Below, in pieces: positions 12,761-26,451 of a stretch of 64,000 nt of DNA. A program made the position numbers and the translations under genes. The notes beneath the pieces are model-generated. The model made no database searches, was not told where the DNA came from, and saw only the letters and a list, made by a program, of their open reading frames with translations. How positions within the stretch are numbered: the stretch's first letter is position 1; each line of letters begins with the position of its first letter. The stretch covers positions 15,924,213 to 15,988,212 of the forward strand of contig OZ234493.1 in assembly GCA_965153455.1 (NCBI GenBank). The letters run 5' to 3'. This DNA comes from Sphagnum compactum (lineage: Eukaryota).

Positions 12761-14509
12761 GAGGTCCCCGCCTCATTAAACCCTAAACTTCCCTAAACCC
12801 TAAACTACCGCAAAAAAAAACCACCCCCAAAATTGAATTTGATTCGTTCCAGTGAATTTTGAGAATTTGGAGTGCGTCAGGGCCCCCTAAAGAACCATGA
12901 TTTTTGTTATAGTATTAGGGTTTAGGGATTTATTTATTTAGTTATCTTGAGTGAGGTAATAATCAATGTGCAATTGCTATTTACAGACTAGTTTCAAGAG
13001 TTTTATTAATTCAAAATTTGAATTATTTATTTTGAGAATTATAAAAATATGAAAAAATGTAATTAAAAAAAATATACATTAAAAATTTCCAACATTTCAT
13101 ATGTTCACAAATTCGTCTAGTTCAAAGAACTTTCAAACTCATCAAAATCAAAATCCTTTTCAATCACCTTCATCAAGTCGGAAGGTGGTTTACAACAAAT
13201 CTCTAGGATCATTTGGCCAATTTTTGCACATAAAAATCAATCTCTCTAAATTATTTAATTATAAATGACATCTTCTCAAGTTTGTAAGTATGCTTCCTAA
13301 AAAAAAAAATCCTTTCAATTTCAATACCCAACAATCCTTAGGATTTGGCAAGCCAAAAAAGTAAGAGTAGGAAAAATAAATATTAAAAGGGAATATTTGA
13401 TCACTTTTGTTTTTTGAGAAAAAAAGTCATTAGATTTCGAAAAAATTAAAAATCATGTTGTGACATTTCTTTATTGATTTTGGTTTGGTAAATTCTTTTT
13501 AAATGTTTAAATAGGTTCCTAGAACATGTCATCATTTAATGTGAGATCCCTTTTGGGCTCCTTGTAACTAATGTGATGTTAAAAAATGAAAAAAATAGTT
13601 AGGACAATTGATCATACAATATCAATTGTTGATATTAAATACCAATTTATCATACAATACAAATTGTTGATATTAAATTAATGGCAGGGCAATTGTGTAT
13701 AACACACCTTGGTAGTATATGTATCTGGTCCCTATTTCCAAACCTTAACAAAATTTAACAATCTTAATAATTACATATAAAAGGTCAAATTGGGTTAAAA
13801 AAAATCCAATTATCAAGCCCCAAGGAATTATCTACTATATACAAGCCCCCCAAATGCAGATTCAAAAAAGTGCCCAATTGTTGGGCACCAAGCTATTCTA
13901 TAGCTTGTGCCATTGGCCCAAGTGTGAATTGGTTACCCAATTAATGTTTCTTTCCAAACCACTTTGAACAATTTAATTGAATTTTTAATGACATAAAATA
14001 CTCAAAATTCAATATCTTCCACACTTTTAGCTAGTCTAAAATTTTTCAAATCACTTTCATTAAATCCTCTTGACTAAGGGTTTTGCAACAATACTAAGAA
14101 AGCACTCAAAATCCTCTACAATTTTTAGTTGTTAGAAAATGAATTCAATACTAAATAATTTCTCCATCACAGGTTGAAACATTATGAAACCAATTCAATG
14201 AACTTGTACCCATTGAAGACTTTCCAACAGTACCATGAGTGTGGCAAGAGGCACCATGGTTTGAAAGATCTCAACATGACAAACAAAACAAATGAACCAT
14301 CGTCCTTTATAGATAAATAATATGGGCAAGAAACTTGGGTTCAAAAGTACCCAATGTTGGCCCCCAAAGAATTTTACTACATAGATAGGCCACAAATTTG
14401 GGTTAAAATAAGCAATCATTGCACTCCATGTTTCCTTGCCCTTGACACTAAGAAAAGTATATATTTTTAGACATTTTTCACAATTTGAAGCGCCCACCAC
14501 ACAGTTTTC

Positions 14510-14910
14510 TATGTTTTTTTTGTTGTGTTCTCATCAATGCCTTCTTATTGCACGCTCTTGTTGTTTGTCAATTCTTAATTGTTGTGTGCTTTTGTTGTTC
14601 GTTAGCACCTCATTGATGTGCGCTTTTGTTGCTCATTGGTGCTTCCTTGTTGTGTGTTCTTAGTGCTCATCAATGTCTCCTTGTTGTGCTGCATGTAGTT
14701 GTTGCTCATCAATGTTTCCTTGTGCATTCTTAGTGTTCATCAATGTCTCATTACTATGTGTTTTTGTTGTTCGTTAACACCTTTTTGTTGTGCGCTTTTA
14801 GTGTTCGTGGGTGCCTCTTTGCTATGTGTTTTTCTGTTCGTTCACATCTCCAATCCAAGCACCTTTTTAACCCCTAGTGTTTTTCATCGCCTCCTTGTTA
14901 TGTGTTCTTC
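14510..14910. repeat. Degenerate ~37-bp tandem repeat
   Basis: Recurring GTTGCTCATCAATGCCTCCTTGTTGTGTGCTCTT-like units. Confidence 0.65.
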
Positions 14911-15829
14911 ATTAAAAAAAATTGAAAAAAAAAACTACCATTTGCAATTATATTCTAGTTGCATAGGACATTTGTTACTAAACAATGCTTAGTTGCATTA
15001 AATTTTTTGATTGGCTCATATCAATTGACATGTGTTTTTTTATGTGAAAATGTAGGACAAAGCCTCCTTATTATATAATTCTCAAAATAGAAATGCAAGA
15101 CAAAACATATGGGATAAAATTTGAAATTACAACTTAGTTACAAACTACATTACAACTAAAAAAATTATTTCATATCTTCTGTCTTCCTTTTAAAATTTTG
15201 TTAATTATATAACTAAGTAGATAAATAATTAGTTAACTAAATTATTAATTATAATTTATAAAATAATATTTCATTATTTGAATATAAAATAAAATAATTG
15301 ATACATTTTATTTACTTATTTATTTATTAACCAAGTTATTAGTTATAAATTTTCATTAATGGTTCTTAAATAATCAAATAAATAACTAAAATATTAACTA
15401 ATTAATAATTATTAACTAACTAACGAATTAGTTATATATTATTGATTAATAATTCATATTTAAAAAATAAAAAATATTTATCTAGTATTAAATATTAACT
15501 ATAAATACTTAATATTAACTATTAATTATCAATTAATTAATAAGTATGTAAATTACATTAGGTAATTAGGTAGTTAATTTGCCTAAATGCAAACTAAATA
15601 CAGTTTTATAAATACACCAATTGAAACATATTCCCATTATAACTTCAATAGAATTTAACAAAAATACATAAATACCTTTCAAAAGTTTATTAATACACCT
15701 ATGTATATGATTAAAGTTTATGTTGACACCCTAGTGGTGTGACTAAGTTTGATTCCATTTGTAATTAATGTGACATATAGGCATGATTATTGATGAATTT
15801 TTTTTGGAAAGTACAATGAAAAATTCATT

Positions 15830-16158
15830 AGTTGCAAATGTAATTATAACATAGTTGCAAAAATGGTCAAGGGTGCAAAATATGTATAAAGGCGATTGCA
15901 AATGAACTAATTGCAAATGACAATTAGTTGCATGTAGTTGCAAATGTAATTGTAACATAATTGCAAGAATGGTTAAGGGTGCAAAATATTTGTGAAGGCA
16001 ATTGCCAATGAACTAGTTGCAAGTGATAATTAGTTGCATGTAGTTCCAAATGTAATTGTAGCATAGTTGCAAAAATGGTCAAGGGTGCAAAATATTTGTA
16101 AAGGCAATTGCAAATGAATTAATTGTAAATGATAATTAAGTACATTTAGTTGCAAATG
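15830..16158. repeat. ~110-bp tandem repeat, about 3 copies
   Basis: AGTTGCAAATGTAATT.TAACATAGTTGCAAAAATGGTCAAGGGTGCAAAATAT...GCAAATGAACTAATTGCAAATGA.AATTAGTTGCATGT repeated. Confidence 0.85.
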
Positions 16159-16976
16159 CATTGGTTCTGTTTTGGGGGATTTCTTTTAATGTGTGTTGTT
16201 CATCAACACTTCCAATTGAAGTGCGTTATTGGTGTTTTTTGGTCATTTTTAAATTGGTATTTTGCCCTTGAATTTTTTTGTGCATGTGTGGAAGAAGATA
16301 ATTTTCACCTTCTTTTTCAACTTCGAAAGGTTTTTATTTCTATTTTTTTTTGTAAGTTTTTTTAGTTTCTTTCTTCGAAACATTATTTTTTATTTTTTAA
16401 ACTATTTTTTTCATTTTTTATTGTTCTAATTTTTTTCAAATGTATGTTTTTAATTTTTTTTGTTTTTTTTTATTGTAATTAGACATGTTTTAGAAAAAAA
16501 AATTTATCCGTGTTAATTATTTGACGTGTTATGTGTGTAGTGTCATGTGCAAGACCAAAATTTCACTTGCACAAAAAATTTCACACAATTTTTTTTTTTT
16601 TCACATTTTTTACTTCCAAAATCTTGTAAATGTTTGTAATTGCCTTATGTTCTTATAATTGTTTTAACAATTTTTGTTTAATATTTTTCGCATAGATTAA
16701 ACAACTAGAGCTAAAACCCATAATTTTGGGAAAAAAAAATTATTTTTATTTTTCTTCTAACGTATCTAATATATGTTGAAAAATGGAGTTAATCAAAATG
16801 AAAATGTATGCTGAAAATAAAATTTGTCACAATGAATGGAATATACAAGATGAAATTTTGAAAGGAAGTTTTCAAATAGATCCAAGTACAGCAAAAGAAA
16901 TAACATAAACAAATGAATGAAATGAAAACAAACGTTCAAAAATTAAATGTTCCAAAAAAAATATGGAAAGGTCGTA

Positions 16977-17130
16977 TGTCACGACCTTAGTTTTGGGCTT
17001 GCGACCAAGGCAAGGACATGTAAAGGTGCGGGCTAGGAATGCAGCTTGGGAGTTACATTTACACTCCCGGGAATGTGGGAGAGTGTGAAGGAATGAGACT
17101 CCAACTCCCACTTTGGGAATTGGAGTCCCT
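16977..17130 (+). mobile_element. Truncated LTR-like repeat fragment (TG start)
   Basis: GC-richer island TGTCACGACCTTAG...GCGACCAAGGCAAGG...CTCCCACTTTGGGAATTGGAGTCCC. It resembles an abundant moss repeat I recognise from memory and abuts the left end of the 1-kb duplication. Confidence 0.5.
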
Positions 17131-18168
17131 TTGGCTTGATCCTCAATTATAACCAAGTAGTTGTGACAGGTAATTAAAAAGGGATAGTGAGGTTACCTTT
17201 CCCAACCCGAACTATTAGCAAGATGAAAGATATGGCAAATGGTGTCATCTTATGGCATAAGAAAGATATACTTATTCCTAAATAGTTCACGTTTGTAGTT
17301 TACCTAGGCAACAAATGAAAACTTGTTTGTAGGGTTTGGATGGTCATGATATATATTAGAAATGACAATTTATTGGTTGATATTAGATCATGCTGTGTTT
17401 TTGTCACATGGAACATCTTTTGAACCTTTTTTCTAGATGCCAATGTATACATATTTGGACAATGTAATAGATTTGTGATTATATAATTTGAATACCATTT
17501 AAGCATGTAACCATTGCCACTATTTGATTATGCTTAATTAACCTTGTCACCATTTGTAGACCTAAACTATCAACAAAATAATTATGTTTGTAGGGAATCA
17601 ATTTTAACACATCTGTAAACCATTGTTGGTTTAAAAAACCAATTAGCCTAAAACCATGAGTGGTTATGAAATGACAACACATTTTCATTTAAAATTACGA
17701 TGGTTCAAAAACCCAATGTGTATTCAAATATAAAATAATAAAAAAGACCAAGGGCAGTGAGAAGATGAACAACCATAATTTTTCAATTAACATATGGTCT
17801 AAGTGATTAATTTTCATCTAAAAGGTCATGGTTTCCTTTGACTAAGTTTAATTGAATTAGCAAACAATTTTTATGATAGACCTTGGTCGAATAGGCAATG
17901 GACTATATGACGACTATTGGTCAAAAGACCATGATCTATAAGACAATCTTTAATCAAATAAATCACCTAGGTAATGTTTTAGAGTCAAGTACTAATGAAC
18001 ATATAAAGTTACCACAATATCAAAAATTGTGACATATGTCCACATCATAAGAAGCCAATTAATGGCACCTATCACTATGTGTGCATCCCATCACCCAACT
18101 ACATGGGAGATAAAATAAACTAGATTGTGCCATGTGGTGGTTTAAAAGATGGTGAACTTGAAGTTGTC
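17131..18168 (+). repeat. ~1.04-kb direct repeat, copy A (copy B at 39800-40836); carries a decayed CACTA TnpA-like motif
   Basis: Near-identical to copy B from TTGGCTTGATCCTCAATTATAACC to GGTGAACTTGAAGTTGTC, and the ORF track shows twin ORFs. The translation NYNQVVV...VRLPFPT.TISKMKDMANGVILWHKKDI resembles the En/Spm Tnp1-type domain. Confidence 0.9.
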
Positions 18169-18217
18169 ATTTATACCTACCTACCCAAACCTACCAAGTT
18201 AACCTACCTATACCTAT

Positions 18218-18488
18218 CGGTGTTTTTTTCTAAAGATTTGTCGCCATACTTTTATTTTTAAAATACCCTGGCTACCAATACAAAAGGGGGTTTTTAATTT
18301 AAATCGCCAAAAAATGACAACAATTGGGGGGGGGGGGGGGGGGGGAGGGTATTGCCACAATTATGTATATTGGCTATAGGTTTAAGAGTCCTTTGTAATA
18401 ATGTCGCCAACTTGATGAAATGTGTCAAAATATACCTAGGGATGCTTGCCACCCTAACTCCATCCGAAAATTGAAAAAAAAAACACTG
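18218..18488. mobile_element. Possible hAT-type MITE with an internal G20 run
   Basis: Termini CGGTGTTTTTTTC and GAAAAAAAAAACACTG; imperfect 8-bp flanks ATACCTAT/CTACCTAC; poly-G at 18326-18345. Confidence 0.5.
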
Positions 18489-19331
18489 CTACCTACCTAT
18501 CTTGCCTACCCGAACCCACCAAGCTAGTTTCCCTACCCAAGTTGCCTACATGGCCTAACAGACCTACCTAAACCTACTTAGCTTAACCTGCCTACCTAAG
18601 AAAACTTAACCTAGCCAAATCGAATCTAACTTCATTAGGATGTTACATGGAGCTGAACCCCTCACCTCCACAAGAACAAACTAAGTCCTTAATAAATGCA
18701 CCGCACCTTTGGTGGTGACATAAGATGTCACTATAGAAAATATGAACACAAAATCATTTTACCACCCACATGTAGTAGATAGTAGGTAGGTACTAGCTAT
18801 ACTAGGAACTTTGAAGCTAATATAGGTAGGTAGAATAGGTTCTACAATTAGGTAGGTCATAGATCATAGGTACGCACATGAATCTCCCACCTACCTAAGA
18901 CCTACTATCTATAACTTGGTGTTTGCATGTTATGGTGTACACAATCTGTTGAAAATATTAAATTTGCTAACTTTATGAATAAGTCTAGTGTTACACCATT
19001 TTTACAAACTAAGACCATCACTATTCGGGTGGAAACTCTTCAAAGTTCAAATGAGTAGGTCAAGTTAATGGTTCATTATGGTGCCAAACCGATATGGAAC
19101 CTCTGCTCATGTTGAAACCTTCCAGGTTTTTTGGCCATCTCCTTGCACGACTTGCTTCGTGCTATTGGTGATGGGTTTAGGTCCTAGGTTTCATGATTTA
19201 TCCTCTTAGGGCTCCTCATTGTGCATTTTGCTCTTTGGGGTGTGGTCTTTTGTTTGGACTTCAGTCCTTTCTTTTTTCTTCTCTTGTTCCCTTGCCGGGT
19301 GTTTTTCCTTTATCTATTTATTTAAAAATTA

Positions 19332-19560
19332 AAGACAGCTAGTAACAAACTACTTATGGGCAGGAAACTCAGAATCAAATGCAAGAGCTAGAGTTTGTTG
19401 GGTGCCAGTCATTCTCCCCATTTCACTGGGATTGCTAAAAAGTCCTAGAATCTCACTTGCAGGCCAAAGCCATCATAGTGAAGCTAATTCCAAAGGGGTC
19501 TAGAGCTGGGATGGGCCACATGGAAAGCTCTTCTTTGCAAAAGGGTTAAAAATTCTAGGC
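19332..19560 (+). mobile_element. LINE (L1-like) ORF2 remnant, frameshifted
   Basis: The translation RQLVTNYLWAGNSESNARARVCW..VILPISLG.L / LQAKAIIVKLI / WKALL matches the post-RT region typical of plant L1 elements. Confidence 0.6.
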
Positions 19561-20240
19561 CCCAAGTGGGTGGACATTGGAAACCACCTTGTCACCTCAA
19601 AGGAAGGCAGCAGATGGGGAACAGAGAAGGAAACAATGGATGTACTACAACAATTTTATGGTTTTGTAAATGGGTTTGTGCAGTTTTTTTAAAAATATTT
19701 TGATTGTGCAAAAGTGTGAAAAAAATTTGCTGAAAGAAATGCGTTTTACGCTGAAAAACACATTAAGGTTTCTAAGTTTTCTCAAAGAAATTTAGCAAAA
19801 TTGTTGTTTTGGAATTGCCAAGACACATTTGGATTGTTGATGATACTTTATTATTGATTATGGAACACCAAGGTTTCTCTTTTCTAACAAAGACCATGAG
19901 AATTTTCCTCAAAACTTTATCAATTTTGCATTACTCTTTCTTTGGCAGCATCTACTCTCAGTACCTTCACAAACTGTTTGTAGTTTTGGTGTGATTTCAT
20001 ATAATGTCAACATTTCATCTAGTTTTTTATTACCATAATGCAAAGGCAGCTTCAACACATGTCTGTCAGATAATTAATTAAAATCGAATATTCCATGTCC
20101 AAAATTGAATATTCCTGAGTATTCCAGTAGATTCACTATTTTCCTTCTCAAATTTTGGTTTTTTGAAATTTCAACATTTTTACAAATAGTTCAAATAGTG
20201 TTGAAGCTGCTAAGGTACTATGACACATTCACAGATCTAA

Positions 20241-20614
20241 GAGGATCTCTACTGGTGCTCAGTATGTGACTCCAGACAGTAAAATTTATTCCTACAAAGT
20301 CAAAATATGCCAGTTTAGCTGAGGAAATTGGTTTTTCTGCATCCACAATTCGTGCAGCTTGCCTTGGCTGGTAAAAGGCGCAACACAGTTGTGCACCTTC
20401 AAAAAAGAGTATAATAAATTGGACCTGACTGTGGCTCAGTATTTCTGATTGGTAGATCATCATGATTGGTCCAGGTGGTTTGCTATTAGTAGTCCCCATG
20501 TATATGCAGTTCCAGTTACAGTTTTATGGGTGCGGTTGCCAAACTTAAACAGCTAAACTTAGACATTTAATTTTACTATCCACAGTGACATACTGAGCGC
20601 CGGTGGAGATGCTC
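20241..20614. mobile_element. Tourist/PIF-Harbinger MITE, same family as 54814-55187
   Basis: ~30-bp imperfect TIRs GAGGATCTCTACTGGTGCTCAGTATGTGAC / GTGACATACTGAGCGCCGGTGGAGATGCTC; TAA and TAG flanks. Confidence 0.8.
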
Positions 20615-22974
20615 TAGTACATGATATTTTAAATCACACTTCAGTTGTGCTTGGGAATGCCATTAAATCTCTAAAGCTGGATTTACACCAAGGGTTAGTA
20701 GGGATATTTTTATTCCATTTAACCCCCTCTTGATTTGGGGATTGAAATGACTGAAATATAAGAAACAAACTAGCCCCTGTGTTGTTCACACAAAGAGGAT
20801 AGATAAAAGATATGATGGGGTTAATTTAACACTATGTTGAACCATTCACATTGAGTGATTTTCCAAACTACACAAAAAAGTTTGGGCAGCTTGGGGGAAC
20901 TTAGGAATTTTCCATTCTGCCCATAACCTTGGGCACTCTGGAGAATCCCTGACAGATGTTTTCCAGGATATTTGAGAAAAAAAATTAGGCAATTTTTGAG
21001 AATTTTGTTCTGCTTGAAAATTATCGGGCAGATTACATATGTTGAAAAAAATTTACTTCTGGTAAAAGAAATTGGGAACTCGAAAAATCCCAATGCTTGA
21101 AAAGATTTGGGAGAATTTTTTTCCAGGATGCTTGAAAAAATTCATGCAGTTTTGCAAGTTAAGGGTCCCCACCAAGATTATAAAGGTTGAAAATAAAATC
21201 ATTTCTGGCCAAAACGTTTGGGCATCTTTGAAATTTTATGCTGCCCGATCATTTCAGGCACCTTCAAAAGGTTGAAAAAAAGAGTTCATTATGCCCAAAC
21301 AGTTTGGGCACCCTGAAAAATCCAGACGCTTGAAAAATTTCGCACGGGTGAATTTTTTGTTGCTGCCCGCCATTCTGGGTGATTCTCACATGAAAGAGAG
21401 AGTATGTTGGCAAGAACAATTATAGAAGCTCTCTTGAACATGAGAACCTAAACCCCAAAACCCTAAACCCTTTGAAATCAAGGGGTCAAATCAACCTTCT
21501 TATTCCACCCTAACTTTATCCTAAATCTAGAAAAACTGAAGGATTTTTTTTCCTGGGGTTAAGATATCCAACACATTTATCCCCCTCTTAAACCCCAATG
21601 CCATGTCATTTGCCAAGTCAGCTTTACTGCTCTTGTGTGAATGCGATACCATTAGGGTTAGTTTATTCTTTTGGTTTATCCCTTTTACAGCTTAAAGCAA
21701 GACCCATCAAATATATGTCATTGGTTAAAATTGTTAGTGTTTCAACTAGATGCACAAATCAAATTGAAAATTATGTTGATATTTTAGAATCAAACAAGTA
21801 TTATTGATCTCTGATGATTTTGTTTCAACCTGCCATAATAAACAGTGGAGTTGTTACACAATGTGCTCCTTGTTTGAAATGTCTGAAGCCATGAAACATT
21901 CATATATCTCTCCTTAGAATCACAGCCTCAGAAAGCCAGAGCAAGGTTTTAACTTCTTTTTAAGTCAAGGAAAGACTTCTAAAACAAGACTTACAAACCT
22001 GTAAATAAAGGACAATGCAACAAAGACAAAATAAGAACAAAAAAACAAAAAATACTCACTTGCAGTATGAACCATAGTGACAATCTCTCACTTGTTCTGG
22101 GACCGTCCACGAGTGACATGTATGATAGTCACTTCTCTATCACAACTTCCCCACTGACTTCATCAACTCCCTACAGGGGGTATAGGCGTGTGTAAACACT
22201 AATCTGCATACTGTGTTTCTGTTGCAAGTCTGGAATCAACAGGAAGACTTCGCCATAATAATAGCTATAGCATCAAACAATACAAGGAGAAATGCAAAAA
22301 GAAAAGACTTGAGCCGAAAAAAAAAAACTGACACACAACCAGAGGAAGACAAAACATAGAGAAACTGACTGCGGAGAAAAAATAAACCATGAAACATCAA
22401 CACCAAATGAACCCAAAGCTTTTGAGTGTAACCGGATATTGTAGCTTTGGGTATGCCTTCAGCAATGTAGCAATTTTACTGCTTTAAGATTGCTTTGTAC
22501 ATGCCATGCTTGTCAGCTTTTTTTGCAAGCAGGCAGGTGGTCAGAGGATGCCCAGGCCTCAGCTGTGTCATTCTGTGGTACATAATCACTCATCAGAGTG
22601 TCAGTGGGGTGGGTGGTACATAGGGCAGCACACTAAAGGAATTTCAAAAAATCGACAACAATGAGGAGTAACAACAGCAGCCATTCTAGATCAGTGCTGT
22701 TTTGCAACTTCTCAATCACTTATATGCAGCATAGCATTGCTGCTTGCTTGTCCACCCAAAAAACATAAATAAAACTCAAATGCCTTATCTCAAGCTTCAA
22801 GTCTACATTTTCCAAATACCATGACTAGACAGAGTTTTACTTGTAACAAAGTGACCTTCTGTGTAGTTCTTTTGTGCCTTTCTGATACCGCTATCTGCAC
22901 CTTACCATACTTCTCTCCCCCATTCAATATACCTTTCACCCATGTTTGCAACAAGCACACATGATAGCTTCTGC

Positions 22975-24907
22975 CTACAGTTTGGACATAAGTGTTGATG
23001 TCAATGTCTCAGGCTGCCCAGCCCCCTTTACAGCTACTGCTTTGCTTGGAGGTATATCAATTGCTGGTGAGCAATTGAAAAACCCATGTGGCTGCAAAAC
23101 CATTTGTCAAAGCCCACATACATGAGATATAAACATTATGGGGTATTGGTACGGCAAAATGCAAAAACACATCTGCAACCTCATAGCGGTGTTTGAGTTT
23201 TAGGGTTTTTGCATCTTCATCCTGTAGGGTAAGTAAGATCAAAGACCAAAAAATGAAACCTTGAGATGGAACCCAATGTGCTCCACAGGCATCACTGGCC
23301 AGTCCTCCAACCGTGGCACATGAGTTACACCAAATACATACCTGTACTCACAGACACCAGAAACTTTGGAATGTCAGGTGCAATCAAAGCACAAATGCAG
23401 TTGAAGAGAAGCAACCAAGTACTTATTCAGAAATGTGATCAAATCTACTTCTCAATACTGCAAGCATCTAGCCATTTACACAGTTCTCTAGGGTAAACCC
23501 CCAGGGTGGGGGCCATTCCCACAGACTTTACCCACTGTAAAGCACAAGACGAACATGATCATGAACTTAAACATATGTAGATCATAAAAGGGCGAAGGTC
23601 GTCACACCTAGTCTGTTAGAGGGAGGTATCTTAACCTATAAGTAGCCATGATTTCCCTCCCACTCTTAAGGAATAGGTGTAAGATATAAGAGATGAATAT
23701 TCATGGACATAAGGTGGTAGGTACGGCCCAAGGAAGGGGTTAATAGAATGAGTCCATGCCAGAGGTGGGAGCGAAAGGCAGACTCCGAAAATTCTGGTTA
23801 TGCCCCCATCTGAGGGCCTTTACCGCATGCAAAGATCTAGGTGAAAGTTTCTTTAGAGCAGCATGACAAAAACAAGCCCAAAAATAGATACGTAAACGAA
23901 AGAAAAGGAGCAACCTAACAAAGATTAAGCTCCTGCCCAATTTGTGGAGGCAATCTTACATTTTTAAGATGCCCTCCAACTACACTGAAATCTTTGCCAG
24001 TTCCTTACATAACGAGGGAAAGGACATGACATTACTGGAAAACCTGAGGATTAACTGCAGCATCAGAGTTCCAAAATGAAATGAGAATAATGGATCAAGG
24101 AAGCTGTACCAGAGGACTATGTCAGTCTCCGCAAGTTTTCGGTCCTGCTGAACCCAAGTAGGCAGGCCTTCACCAACACGTGGATTTTGGTTCGAGAACT
24201 CCCCACCTGGAAAGCACTCATCCCGGTTATACTATGTCACCCAAAGGTTGTGATTCAAGAAGGCAGCTCGCCGGAGAAACTTGGCATCAGGACCTCTAAT
24301 GGCAGACAATTGGAGCCTGGCATCAGCTTATAGCCTGTCAGCTGTCCTGTGCGATTGAATGTTCTTGTGTTTCGTACCTGTGTGGCACAAATCATTTCAA
24401 AAGTCTGAAAAAAGAAATTGGAAAGCAAGTTTCTTAAAATTTGCAGAAAAAAACTTTGATTAAGAATGTAACGGAGGGTGAAATGGAAAGTAGCTGTACC
24501 AGCCAATGCGGAGCAGTAAGAGAGTTGCAGTCCTGTTGAGCCTCAAGCTCTGACCGCAGAAGTGTTTCCTCATGTCAACAAATGCATTTGTTACTGTCAC
24601 AGTTTTTCCATGCAAGAGAAGTTCAGATACATATCTCACTCAGAGGTACTTGGATTGCAATGATGACGGGTTAATAATAATACCCACAGAAAAAATGTTG
24701 AGTGCCAACAAAGATTCAGCAAATATGGCATGGAGATTAGTCCAAGATTTAACCTTCATTTGCGGCATATTTACCAGCACATGGATGCCCTCCACTGGCC
24801 GTGCATACCCATTCTCAAGGGGACAAGCACCTGGTGTTCTGCAGAACACTAGAGGCCTTGCCAACCTTCGACTTGGAGCATCTTCTTCTCCAAAGTAACC
24901 TACACAC
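22975..24907 (-). pseudogene. Peroxisomal copper amine oxidase (CuAO-zeta type) pseudogene; exon remnants 24907-24754, ~24571-24500, 24377-24110, 23341-23260, 23091-22975
   Basis: Recognisable segments [104 protein letters not shown] and PHGFFNCSPAIDIPP...SKL*. There is a frameshift near 24297 and an in-frame TAG near 24233. The central catalytic exons and the N-terminus are absent. Confidence 0.88.
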
Positions 24908-25917
24908 CTTCAGATCACCCCATGCCCCCCATGAAGTGATTTTTCTTGGCCAATTCTGATTTTTTGAAACTATGGCAAAAGAAGTGCATCTTGTAGGATT
25001 GTTCATAGATTTTTAGATTTCAGATGTATTTGTTGTTTCAGAATTTATAATTGAAGAAGTTGGGAAGTAGGAAACTGATGGGCATAGAGAAAAATCCCTT
25101 CAACACAACCTGTCACCCCGATCTTGACAAAAGAAAAAAAGACTACATACAACAACAAGTATACCATATCATTATATATTTACAATTTATTTAATTTTGT
25201 AAAAACTTGTTAGACTATTATTTCCTTGTTCTTTTTTAATCCCAATTTGATTGATATCATCTCTTGTACGAAGTTGATCTAAAATGGCATGTGCACAATG
25301 GTTGTAATTAATCTCAATGAATATACTTCTGTAAATAAACAGTGAATTCTTATTCCCTATTCACATTGGAAAACAAAAAATAATGTGAAATTGCTCGTAG
25401 TGGATATATATTGCACAACAAACCATGTGCAAAGGGGATGCCTTGAGATTCTCAGATTTTCAAACTGGGATTCCTCACAAGTTTCTTGTGTTGGGTGACC
25501 CAGCATCCACACTGGTAGCATGGTAAGGACCCAAAAATTCATTTAAATTGCTTCCGAATATTACACATACCCATGCTTAGATTAAAATACCGTCGTTGAT
25601 ATTAAATCTAATATTTGTTGGGCTTCATATGGTCACTAAGAGGCCCCAAATAAAATGGTGAAGGTATCAGTGCAAGGTGCTGGTTCACCCTGGCCATGAG
25701 GTGTGTAAGATGAGGGCGGAGCGCCCTGAGTCCTACACACTGCGACTCACTGACAGTGACTTGACTCACACAGGAAAATGCTCTCCCCTTGTGAAAAGAT
25801 TTTTGACCATTTGAAAAACTTTCATGGTTTACTTATCTTTCCATACCACCTTACAAGGGTCTGCTGTGCTGAGATCTTGCAGGGTTCTTATTGGAACCAT
25901 GACATTATGCCATATAA

Positions 25918-26218
25918 GAGCATCTCCACGGCACGCTTGCAAACACCCCTTTTCATTAAATCTTGCAGCAGGATAGCGTGAATCCTGCTGCGCTCCTGTA
26001 TTGATGTCCGTTTTGCAGTGGTCACTTCAACCCCTTCAAAACCTTTTTTCTACTATGGATTTGGACATTGACTATTACTGGTCAAGATGTAAAGACATAA
26101 ATGGTCTTTGAGTGTTTAAAGGGACTTTTATGAAGTTTGTGGGTGGGGACAGTGATCATTACATACTATTCTATTTTAATATAAAGGAGTTGTTTACAGT
26201 TTTGCAGTGGAGATGCTC
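25918..26218. mobile_element. Tourist/PIF-Harbinger MITE, 301 bp
   Basis: Perfect 12-bp TIRs GAGCATCTCCAC / GTGGAGATGCTC with a perfect TAA target-site duplication (25915-25917 and 26219-26221). Confidence 0.88.
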
Positions 26219-26451
26219 TAACCTCATTCAAAATGATAAAGCGTTTCAGCAGAAAAATCTTTATGCACCTGAAGTCATCTTCACAGGGCCCAAGGACGTC
26301 CTGGAGGGATGGATGTCCTGCCAACAAGGGCGATAAGGAAGTTCACCAACTCCTTGGGAAGAGGTCTCTGCCCAATACAAAAATATTTTCTAGAGTCATC
26401 TATTATGTCTGTTCTCTGTGACATACATCAGCAAGTGTTCAGTAAGCATTG

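Larger units (their letters stand above)
13831..16708 (+). mobile_element. Degenerate Helitron-like composite element containing minisatellites
   Basis: 5' end A|TCTACTATATACAAG at 13831; 3' end ...TTAAACAACTAG at 16705-16708 with an eroded hairpin. The boundaries are inferred. Confidence 0.4.

Noticed and set aside
20941-21387. Possible MITE with GAGAATC/GATTCTC ends
   Set aside because: The TIR is too short, there is no clear TSD, and the boundaries cannot be supported.
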